NCBI GenBank assembly: GCA_963771415.1
Contig: CAVYTI010000004.1
Span: 822,723 to 886,722 of the forward strand
Length of the DNA stretch: 64,000 bases
From: an uncultured Acidobacteriota bacterium
Lineage (GTDB): Bacteria; Acidobacteriota; Vicinamibacteria; Vicinamibacterales; 2-12-FULL-66-21
Reading direction: 5' to 3'
Made by a program: the position numbers and the translations under genes. This document shows, piece by piece, positions 39,473-47,019 of this stretch (position 1 is its first letter; each line of letters begins with the position of its first letter). The notes under the pieces are model-generated. The model was not told where the DNA came from and did no database searches. It saw only the letters and a program-made list of their open reading frames with translations.

Positions 39473-41203
39473 CTACTTCGACGCCGGCGCCGCTTCCGCC
39501 GGGTAGACCTTGACCTCTACCCGTCGATTCTTTGCGTTGTTGTCCGGATCGGACGCATCCGCGGGCCGGTCCCATCCCATCCCGGCGGTCGAGAACTGAT
39601 TGGGTTGCAACGATGAGAACTTCCGCAGGATCGCTTCCTTCACCGAGTTGGCACGATTGAGCGACAGCTCCTGGACCAGGCTCTTCGGCACCGAGGACTT
39701 CATCGAACCGTCGGTGTGCCCCTCGATCACGATGCGGGCCGCGCCGTACTGCCCGGCGAGCTTGCCGATCTCCTCGACGACGAATCCGACGTTCGGGTCG
39801 TAGAGCTCCTCGACTTCCTTGCTATCGGCCGTGCGAGTGATCTTCTTGTTCAGGTCCCAGGAATTCGGGAAGAAATGAATGACGACCGTCTTGGTGAGGA
39901 TCTCGTCCTTCTCACCCTGCACCGTACCGGCGCTCGCCGGTGCGAACTGGATGTCGTACTCATTCTTCTGGCTGGCGTATTTCGGCTCGGACCCCAGCTT
40001 CTGGATGACGGAAAAGTCCATCACCTGATCGAACGGCGTCTGCTCGGTGACCGCGTTGATCTTCTTGTAGAGGAAATACGCGGTCGTCCAGGTGCGCTCG
40101 AAGCTGGTCGGGTTGTTCTGGTTCAGGAAGAAGTCGCGGTTCTCGGCGTAGTTGGTCGAGTGGGCGTCGCCGAGCATCCCGAGCGCGTCGCTCTCGGGAA
40201 TCGAGTAGCCCGCGGCCATCAGCTTGGCGACCTTCTGCTTGCCGTCCTGCGCTTTCAGATCCTGCATCGCGTCGAAGATTCCGCGGGTGATGCCCTCGAC
40301 GACGTCCGGGTTGTCCTTGGCGAAATCGGCGCGCGCGAACCAGACGTCGGCAATGAGCTTGTTGGCGGTGGAGGTCGTGACCAGCAGCCGGTTGCCTTTG
40401 ACCTTCTCGAGGTTGTAGATATCGGGGGCCCAGCTGACGCACCCGGCAAGGCTCTTGTCGGCGTTGAACGCGGCCGCGGCCTGGAAGGCGTCCTGCGTGA
40501 ACTTGAATTCGACTTCGGCGGGCTGCACACCGGCGTTGATCAACGCGTTGAGCACGAAGAAATGCGACGGCGAGTTCTGCGCCAGCACGATCGTCTTGCC
40601 GCGCAGATCCGACATCGTCTTGATACTGTCCCGGACGACAATGCCGTCGCCGCCGTTGGACCAGTCGACCTGTTGATACACGCGCGGCATGACGCGTGAG
40701 TCCTTGCGGAGGCCTTCGAGGAACAGCGGCAGCATGTCGAGCGTCGCCCAGCCGACGTGAAGGTTGCCCGCGGCGTAGGCGTCGCGCATCGCGATCGGGT
40801 CGTCGATCAGCACGAGCTCGAGCTTGAAATCCTTGCCGCCCGGCGTCTTCCACACCTTGCCCGGCTTGAAGCCGTTGTTGGCGTAGATGATCGGGCCCCA
40901 TCCTGCCCAGACGTTGATCGCGAAGCGGACCGTCCGATCCGCCATCGGTTTGTAGCTGGAGATGCCCTTGACTTCGGGGAGGCGTGAGGCCGCGACGTAG
41001 TTGTATTCCTTGACCGTGGTGATGCCGGAGCTGTCAGGAGCTTCGGCGCCGGCCTTCATCTGCTTCATCTCGTCCGCGGTGAACTGGCCCGATTGACCCT
41101 TGGGCCCGATGGCGCCATAGCGCCACAGGGCGAGGCCGACGAGGCCGACCACCACGAACAAAACCGCGACGTAGAACGCGGGTCTGGGGCTTCCGTTCGC
41201 CAT
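39473..41203 (-). CDS. TM-anchored ABC substrate-binding protein (NMT1/SsuA/TauA-like fold) fused to a C-terminal OmpA-like peptidoglycan-binding domain
   Basis: N-terminal TM helix [20 protein letters not shown]. The central 350 aa is SBP-like ([21 protein letters not shown]..., [20 protein letters not shown]...). The C-terminus is ...[11 protein letters not shown]...[14 protein letters not shown]...GMGWDRP...NRRVEVKVY, the OmpA/MotB/Pal signature. Confidence 0.85.
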   Translation of the reverse strand: MANGSPRPAFYVAVLFVVVGLVGLALWRYGAIGPKGQSGQFTADEMKQMKAGAEAPDSSGITTVKEYNYVAASRLPEVKGISSYKPMADRTVRFAINVWAGWGPIIYANNGFKPGKVWKTPGGKDFKLELVLIDDPIAMRDAYAAGNLHVGWATLDMLPLFLEGLRKDSRVMPRVYQQVDWSNGGDGIVVRDSIKTMSDLRGKTIVLAQNSPSHFFVLNALINAGVQPAEVEFKFTQDAFQAAAAFNADKSLAGCVSWAPDIYNLEKVKGNRLLVTTSTANKLIADVWFARADFAKDNPDVVEGITRGIFDAMQDLKAQDGKQKVAKLMAAGYSIPESDALGMLGDAHSTNYAENRDFFLNQNNPTSFERTWTTAYFLYKKINAVTEQTPFDQVMDFSVIQKLGSEPKYASQKNEYDIQFAPASAGTVQGEKDEILTKTVVIHFFPNSWDLNKKITRTADSKEVEELYDPNVGFVVEEIGKLAGQYGAARIVIEGHTDGSMKSSVPKSLVQELSLNRANSVKEAILRKFSSLQPNQFSTAGMGWDRPADASDPDNNAKNRRVEVKVYPAEAAPASK

Positions 41204-41217
41204 GGGATGAACGCTCC

Positions 41218-41973
41218 TCAGCTCTGCTTCTGTGTGGTTTTCTCAACCGCCGGCCCGAGATCCTTCGCCGTCTGCGACACCGGCGTCGTCTCCGGCGACT
41301 TCAGTCCGAGCTCGACCTCGAAGTCGTTGAGCGCCTGCTCGGCGAGCTGCGAGTGCATGCGCTCTTCCGCGTTGATCTCGGCGATGCCCTTCTGCGAGAG
41401 ATCGGCCGCGACGCGAACCTTGCCGCGGTTCTGATCGATCTTCTGCTGGATCACGGTTTCGATTTCGCCGAAGTCGGTCGTCAGGTTCATGTCGAACGTT
41501 TCCGACAGCTTGGCGATTTCCGCTTCCGCCGCGCTCATCTTCAGCTCGGCATCGTATTTCTGGATCCTTTGCCGCAGCTCGATCAGCTTTTCGTTCGCGT
41601 GCTGAATCTTCTTGAGGTTGTTGCCGTAGGCGGTCTCGTGCATCTGGAGCTGGTTCTCGTTGCTGGCCAGCTCCTCTTTCGCTTTCTGCAGCTCGAGGGC
41701 GAACTTGGCGGCGGTGGTGCGGTCGCCGGCTTTCAGGTAGGCCTTGGTTTCGGCTTCGAGTTGCTGCGCGTGCGAGCGATTCGCGGCGACCTGACGGGTG
41801 ACCCGCTCGACGAGCCCGCGATATTGCTCCAACCCGGTGCGCCCTTCCTTGAGCTGTTCGACGGCGCGGTCGTACTCATAGCGCATCTGCGCCACGGGAT
41901 CGGCCTCCCAGAAGACGTTGGCGACCTTGTTGAGTTGCGCGACGAAGGCGGACCAGAACTTGTGGAAGATCAC
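41218..41973 (-). CDS. pspA: PspA/IM30/Vipp1 family protein (bacterial ESCRT-III superfamily)
   Basis: MIFHKFWSAFVAQLNKVANVFWEADPVAQMRYEYDRAVEQLKEGRTGLEQYRGLVERVTRQ... is the characteristic N-terminal amphipathic helix plus long coiled-coil hairpin of PspA/IM30. GTG start with AAGGAGAGG upstream. Its TGA is followed immediately by the GGAG of the next gene. Confidence 0.85.
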   Translation of the reverse strand: MIFHKFWSAFVAQLNKVANVFWEADPVAQMRYEYDRAVEQLKEGRTGLEQYRGLVERVTRQVAANRSHAQQLEAETKAYLKAGDRTTAAKFALELQKAKEELASNENQLQMHETAYGNNLKKIQHANEKLIELRQRIQKYDAELKMSAAEAEIAKLSETFDMNLTTDFGEIETVIQQKIDQNRGKVRVAADLSQKGIAEINAEERMHSQLAEQALNDFEVELGLKSPETTPVSQTAKDLGPAVEKTTQKQS

Positions 41974-42130
41974 CAGACCTCTCCTTTTTGCTTGCCTCGA
42001 TCGGGCCGTGCCGCGGCCGCCGCGGCCCGTCCCTTTCCTCTACTTACGCTGGATGCGCCCCCCGATGTTCGCCGATTCCAGCGTCTTCGGAACCTGCTGA
42101 CTCGACGACATTTCCACGTCGCCCACGGGC

Positions 42131-42913
42131 TCAGCGGCTCTTGCCGGGTTCCCGCTCGGCGCCCGGCGCCTCGGCAAGAATCTTGCCCTGGTAAATTCCG
42201 TCGAGCGCCGTACGCAATTCCGCCCCCGTGCCGGCGCCAATCACGTCGCCGCCGACGTTCTTGAGAAACGCGAACTTCTCGGGACTGGTATCGAACGCGA
42301 CGAAGTAGACCTGCACGGCCCCCTGGCTCTTACGGTAGATTTCCTCGGCCACATTGTCCGGACTGCGGCCGCTCGTATTCTCTCCGTCGGTCACCACGAG
42401 GAGATATTTGCGAAACACCCCGGCTCGGTACAGATCGGGGCGGGCTTCCCGCATCGCTTCGCCGATGGCGGTGCCGCCGCCCGGCCGCGGCAGGTTCGCG
42501 AGCGCGGCTTTGATCGCCGTCCGATCGTACGGCTGGATCGATCGCAGCGTCCGCACGCCGCTGGAAAAACTGTAGACGCCGATCTTGACGGGAAAATCCG
42601 GCCGTTTGGCCACGAAGGCGTCGGTCGCGTCGAGCATGTTCTCGAGCGCCTCCTGGGCAACGACGTATTTCGGTCGCGAGTCGCCAGGCGCCTTGTCGCG
42701 CATCGACCCCGACGTGTCCACCAGGATGGCGACGGCCGCGCCGAGGCCCTCTTCGACCTCGGACTGATAGGGCGCCGCCTGATCGGGTTCGGGCGCGGAG
42801 CGCGTCTCCGCGGACCGGCCGCCTGGCCGCGCTTTGCATGACAGCAGCCACGGGACCAGTGCAACGACGGCCAGGGTGGCGCACACCCGAACGGACAGCG
42901 CTCCAGCTTTCAT
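42131..42913 (-). CDS. von Willebrand factor type A (vWA) domain lipoprotein
   Basis: Lipobox LLSCK. MIDAS motif VAILVDTSGSM. ...GGGTAIGEAM..., ...LLVVTDGENTSG... ATGA overlap with the upstream isomerase gene. Confidence 0.88.
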   Translation of the reverse strand: MKAGALSVRVCATLAVVALVPWLLSCKARPGGRSAETRSAPEPDQAAPYQSEVEEGLGAAVAILVDTSGSMRDKAPGDSRPKYVVAQEALENMLDATDAFVAKRPDFPVKIGVYSFSSGVRTLRSIQPYDRTAIKAALANLPRPGGGTAIGEAMREARPDLYRAGVFRKYLLVVTDGENTSGRSPDNVAEEIYRKSQGAVQVYFVAFDTSPEKFAFLKNVGGDVIGAGTGAELRTALDGIYQGKILAEAPGAEREPGKSR

Positions 42914-43821
42914 GCGGTCACTGGTGTCGGGGGCAGTCTATCAAAATGCTCCTCGCGCTTCCGCTTGAGGAAGTCGACCGACCCGCGAAGCTCCTCGAGG
43001 CCGTTCATGCCGTCCTCGACCGAAATCCAGCCGCTGAAGCCGACTTCGGCGAGCAGCCGGAAGATCGCGTCGTAATCGTTGAGCCCTTTGCCGGTCTCGC
43101 CATGCCGCAGCGTCGCGGCGTACCCCGCCGATCCGTCGGCCGCGCGCAGGTCATCGAGGGTCGATCCCGGCGCCAGGAACCGATCCGACGCATGCATCGT
43201 CACGACCCGACGGCGGACCCGCTCCAGAAAGCGAATCGGATCGTAGCCCCCCACTGTCGCGTTCGACGGGTCGTACTGGACGCCGAACGACGGCGAATCA
43301 ATCCGGTCGACGATCTCGAGGAAGATGTCCTCCGGCTGCGCAAACTCGGGATAACGCCACAAGCCGTCCTTGTAGTGGTTCTCCATGCACAGGGTCACGG
43401 CGCGCCGTTCCGCGTAGTCGAGCGACTGGCGCAAGCACTCCACAGTCCGATCGATACCCTCCTGGCGGGTCAGGCCCGGGTACCGCTGTCCGCTGAGCGT
43501 GCGGCAGAAGCGGGCGCCGAGACGAACCGTGAGATCGATGGCGGCCTTCTGACGATCGACCTGCAGGCGCCGTTCCTCCGCGTCGGGGTGGGTGAAGTCG
43601 GGTGAAAAGCACAGCATCGACGTCACTTGCCCCGTCTCGTCCAGGACGCGCGCGATCGGATCGACATCGGCTGGCGTGAAGCTCCTGAAAAAGCCGTCGT
43701 AGTGCTCGACGCCGTCGGCGCCGAGGGTCGCGGCATCGCGGAGCCAGGCCGCGAACGGCATGCGGCCGTCGACGAGCTCGTCGAAGTAGCACTTGGGAAA
43801 GACGCTGATCCGCGGCGGCAT
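42910..43821 (-). CDS. sugar phosphate isomerase/epimerase (xylose isomerase-like TIM barrel; UlaE/SgbU-like)
   Basis: ...LGADGVEHYD..., ...LCMENHY..., ...VQYDPSNA..., ...GWISVEDG... are the conserved metal-binding E/D/H/E pattern of AP_endonuc_2 barrels. Confidence 0.8.
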   Translation of the reverse strand: MPPRISVFPKCYFDELVDGRMPFAAWLRDAATLGADGVEHYDGFFRSFTPADVDPIARVLDETGQVTSMLCFSPDFTHPDAEERRLQVDRQKAAIDLTVRLGARFCRTLSGQRYPGLTRQEGIDRTVECLRQSLDYAERRAVTLCMENHYKDGLWRYPEFAQPEDIFLEIVDRIDSPSFGVQYDPSNATVGGYDPIRFLERVRRRVVTMHASDRFLAPGSTLDDLRAADGSAGYAATLRHGETGKGLNDYDAIFRLLAEVGFSGWISVEDGMNGLEELRGSVDFLKRKREEHFDRLPPTPVTA

Positions 43822-43824
43822 GGA

Positions 43825-44592
43825 CTAGAAGTTCGATGGGGCACCGACGGGATATTGCTCGAGATCCATCACGGTGCCGGTCACGAGGGCGCTGGCGTCC
43901 GAGGCGAAGTAGGCGGCGGCCAGCGCGATGTCGTGTGGCGAGAGCAGCCGCCCGAACGGCCGCGTCGCCACCGCCTTCGGCAGCCAGTCCGGATCGTGCT
44001 CGTCTTCACGTTTGACGCGCTCTTCCCCTTCGGTCAGCGTCCAGCCGACGTTGATCTGGTTGACGCGGATCTTGTGGCGGTTCAGTGTCGCGGCGGCGTT
44101 GCGCGTCAGCGTCATGAGGCCGCCCTTCGAAACCGAGTAGGGCCCGAGCTTCGGCTCGCCGACATAGGCATTGACCGAGCCGATGTTCAGGATGGAGCCG
44201 CCGCCCCGCGTCTTCATCGATTTCACCGCCTCCTGCAGGCAGAGGAACGGCGCACGCAGGTTGATGTGCATGATCCTGTCCCACAACTCGACCGGGACGT
44301 CTTCGAGGTAGGCGCGGGCGGTGGTCGCCGCGTTGTTCACCAGGATGTCGATGCCGCCGTAGTGCTCGATCGTGAAGCGGACGATGCGCCGGCAGGCTTC
44401 GACGTCGGCGAGGTCGCCCGCAACCGCCGCAGCCGACCACCCGTGCTCCGACAATCGCGTCGCGACGGCGACCGCCTCTGCCTCGTCCAGACCATGTACG
44501 ACGACGCGGGCGCCGAGCGACGCGAAGAGCTCGGCAATCCCGCGGCCGATGCCCGACGTCGAGCCGGTGATCAGGGCGATCTTGGTGTTCAT
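43825..44592 (-). CDS. SDR family oxidoreductase
   Basis: MNTKIALITGSTSGIGRGIA (TGxxxGxG), NNAA, S...YSVSK catalytic triad (YxxxK). Start at ATG 44592. The N-terminal extension in track ORF 43825..44664 is not protein-like. Confidence 0.88.
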   Translation of the reverse strand: MNTKIALITGSTSGIGRGIAELFASLGARVVVHGLDEAEAVAVATRLSEHGWSAAAVAGDLADVEACRRIVRFTIEHYGGIDILVNNAATTARAYLEDVPVELWDRIMHINLRAPFLCLQEAVKSMKTRGGGSILNIGSVNAYVGEPKLGPYSVSKGGLMTLTRNAAATLNRHKIRVNQINVGWTLTEGEERVKREDEHDPDWLPKAVATRPFGRLLSPHDIALAAAYFASDASALVTGTVMDLEQYPVGAPSNF

Positions 44593-44695
44593 GGCGGTTG
44601 GCGGTGGGCGGCTGGGTGGATAGCGGTTGGCGGTTGATGGATGTGGTTGCCGGTCATCCGACATCCGTCATCCACCATTCCGTCAACCCTCCGGG
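44593..44695. repeat. low-complexity GGT/GGTTG-rich intergenic tract followed by CATCC words
   Basis: GGCGGTTGGCGGTGGGCGGCTGGGTGGATAGCGGTTGGCGGTTGATGGATGTGGTTGCC, then GGTCATCCGACATCCGTCATCCACCATTCCGTCAACCC. It lies between the Zn-ADH and SDR genes. Confidence 0.5.
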
Positions 44696-45726
44696 ACAAT
44701 GACCGACTTGATGACGCGACGTTCGTGCATGGCGTCGAATGCTGCCCGCCAGCCTTCGAGCGGGGCGCGAAGGCCGACGATTTCTTCGGGCAGCGTCGTT
44801 CCTCGATCGAGCAGATGGATGACGCGCTCCCAGATCGGGTAGTTGTGGCTGAACGATCCCTGCAGCCGCAGATTGCGCAACACCAGCGGGTTGGGATCGA
44901 TGGGAATGATTTGGGGAGACCAGCCGACCTTGGTGACCTGCCCGTCCGGTCGCGCGATCTGCAGCGCCACCTGCAGCGCGTCGCTCGTGCCGGTGGCGTC
45001 GCACACCAGGTCGGCGCCGATCGGCGACAGGCCGCGAACCACGTCCTCCAGGCTCTCCTTCTCGATGTCCACGGTTCTGGCCGCACCGAGCCGGCGCGCC
45101 GTCTGCAATCGCGCCGCGTCCGCCGACAGGCCGGCCACAATCAGCGGATCGGCCCCAGCCAGGGCCGCCATTCGCGCGCACAGCAGGCCGATCGGACCGG
45201 GCCCGAGGACGACCACGGTCTCCCCCGGCCGAATCGTGGAGTTCACGCACATCGCGTTGTAGGACACGGCGTGGGGCTCCGATAAGCAGGCCAGATCGAA
45301 CGGCAGAGTATCTGGAATCCGGTGCAGGCATCTTGCCGGCACCCGGACCCAGCTCGCCATCGCCCCGTCGACGCCGTAGCCGAATCCCTTTCGCGCCGGA
45401 CAGAGGTTGTATCGTCCGGTCCGGCAGAGCACGCACTCGCCGCAGATGTGCGCTGCCGTCTCGCAGACGACCCGGTCGCCTTCCTTGAAGCCGCGTACGG
45501 CGCGCCCGACCCGCGCGATCGTGCCGCCGAACTCGTGGCCGAGCACGACCGGGATGTTCACCGGCCAGGAATGTGTGTTCCACGCCTGGTGCACGTCCGA
45601 TCCGCACACCGACACGGCGCCGACCTTGAGCAGCGCGTCATCGTCGCCAATGTCCGGAATGGCGAGCTCGCGCAACTCCACAGCGCCCGGCTGCAGCGCG
45701 TAGTGAACGAGAGCGGGCATTTTCAT
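44683..45726 (-). CDS. zinc-dependent alcohol/polyol dehydrogenase (MDR family)
   Basis: MKMPALVHYALQPGAVELRELAIP...VCGSDVHQAW...GHEFGG...CGECVLCRTGRYNLC...VVVLGPGPIGLL. Start at ATG 45726. The 105-aa Arg-rich extension in the track ORF is rejected. Confidence 0.88.
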   Translation of the reverse strand: MKMPALVHYALQPGAVELRELAIPDIGDDDALLKVGAVSVCGSDVHQAWNTHSWPVNIPVVLGHEFGGTIARVGRAVRGFKEGDRVVCETAAHICGECVLCRTGRYNLCPARKGFGYGVDGAMASWVRVPARCLHRIPDTLPFDLACLSEPHAVSYNAMCVNSTIRPGETVVVLGPGPIGLLCARMAALAGADPLIVAGLSADAARLQTARRLGAARTVDIEKESLEDVVRGLSPIGADLVCDATGTSDALQVALQIARPDGQVTKVGWSPQIIPIDPNPLVLRNLRLQGSFSHNYPIWERVIHLLDRGTTLPEEIVGLRAPLEGWRAAFDAMHERRVIKSVIVPEG

Positions 45727-46421
45727 GACACCAAGCCTACCGCATGCACATCGTCGCAGATTTTCTTCAGCACCGGGAACAGATTCCGGTCGGCGGGCCG
45801 AAACGCCGCACCGTCGATGACGAGCGGCGCGCCGACCACGACCAGCGGCGCCCCGCGCACCGCGCAGGCGATGGCCTGATCGATCGACAAGCCGCCGACT
45901 GCCTGCACCGGCACCGAGACCGCGCGGACGACGGCGTCGATTTCGTCGAGGGGGCTGAGTCCTTTGACCAGGTTGCGCTCGTCGAAGCCGATGTGATGGA
46001 CCACCACGTCGACGCCGAGCTCCTCGAGCCATCGCGCGCACGCGATGCGGTCGGCGGCGCCGAGATTGTCTCCCATCACCTTGACGCCGAAGTCGCGGCC
46101 GGCGTCGACAACCCGGCGGATGGTGGCTTCGTGGGCCCGTCCCATCACCACGACGAAGTCCGCGCCCGCCTTGGCCATCATCTCGGCTTCGAGGTAACCG
46201 CCGTCCATCGTCTTCAGATCGGCGACGATCGGATGTCGCGGGAACCGCGCGCGAAGGCCTTCGACCGCCCGCAGCCCTTCGGCGAGGATGAGCGGCGTAC
46301 CCGCCTCGAGCCAGTCGACGCCGGCATCGACGCCGACCGCGGCAGTCTCCAGGGCCTCCTCCAGCGAGGTCAGGTCGAGGGAGAGCTGGACGATCGGGTG
46401 GGTCAGGCGGTCGAGAGGCAT
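45723..46421 (-). CDS. orotidine-5'-phosphate decarboxylase-family enzyme (3-hexulose-6-phosphate synthase / 3-keto-L-gulonate-6-P decarboxylase-like)
   Basis: PIVQLSLDLTSLEEALETAAVGVDAGVDWLEAGTPLILAEGLRAVEGLRARFPRHPIVADLKTMDGG is the HPS/KGPDC signature. Start at ATG 46421. ATGA overlap with the ADH gene. Confidence 0.8.
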   Translation of the reverse strand: MPLDRLTHPIVQLSLDLTSLEEALETAAVGVDAGVDWLEAGTPLILAEGLRAVEGLRARFPRHPIVADLKTMDGGYLEAEMMAKAGADFVVVMGRAHEATIRRVVDAGRDFGVKVMGDNLGAADRIACARWLEELGVDVVVHHIGFDERNLVKGLSPLDEIDAVVRAVSVPVQAVGGLSIDQAIACAVRGAPLVVVGAPLVIDGAAFRPADRNLFPVLKKICDDVHAVGLVS

Positions 46422-46524
46422 GGCGGGCAGCGTACCATCACGAGCGACGCGCGAAATATCGTGAAATACCATGCACCCGGGCGGGATCGCGAATCGACGC
46501 GGTCGCGCCGATAAACCGGTGGCT

Positions 46525-47019
46525 ATGGTACGCGAAGTCGCCGTCTCGCAGTTCCGCATCGAAAAACGCCGTACGGATGGGCTCGTCAAGCTGTCGAGCG
46601 GCGCGTCGATCAAGGGCTGCTTCTTCATCGCCGGCAACAGCGCCCGTCACGACGGACCGGAGCGGGTCTGGGATCTCCTCAACTCGGAGGACGGCTTCTT
46701 CCCCTTCGAGGTCCACGACTCCGCCGGCGCACGAACCGTGCTCTTCAACCGCGACCACGTCGTCACGGTCGTGCTGTCGGATAACGAGGCCAGCCGGGAT
46801 TCGGGCTACACCGTCGCCACCCGGCGCGCCGTGTCGATGCGACTCTCGACCGGCGAGCAGATCACCGGCGCGGTATGCGTCTATCGACCGGAAGGGCGCG
46901 ACCGCCTCAGCGACTGGGCCCGCGAGTCGGACCTGTTCCGCTACGTCGAAAGCGGCGACGACCAGACGATCATCGTCAACAGTGCCCACATCGTCGAGAT
47001 CTCGGAGGGAACCACATGA
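46525..47019 (+). CDS. hypothetical protein with an internal duplication, translationally coupled to pilT
   Basis: MVREVAVSQFRIEKRRTDGLVKLSSGASIKGCFF...VLFNRDHVVTVVL, then ...VSMRLSTGEQITGAVCV...IIVNSAHIVEISE. Its stop overlaps the pilT ATG (ATGA at 47016-47019). Confidence 0.55.
   Translation: MVREVAVSQFRIEKRRTDGLVKLSSGASIKGCFFIAGNSARHDGPERVWDLLNSEDGFFPFEVHDSAGARTVLFNRDHVVTVVLSDNEASRDSGYTVATRRAVSMRLSTGEQITGAVCVYRPEGRDRLSDWARESDLFRYVESGDDQTIIVNSAHIVEISEGTT

Noticed and set aside
41974-42130. Sigma-54 promoter / PspF-type control upstream of pspA
   Set aside because: No GG-N10-GC element with TGGCAC/TTGC character could be found. There is only a GC-rich hairpin (CGGGCCG...CGGCCCG), and no pspF-like activator gene in the window.
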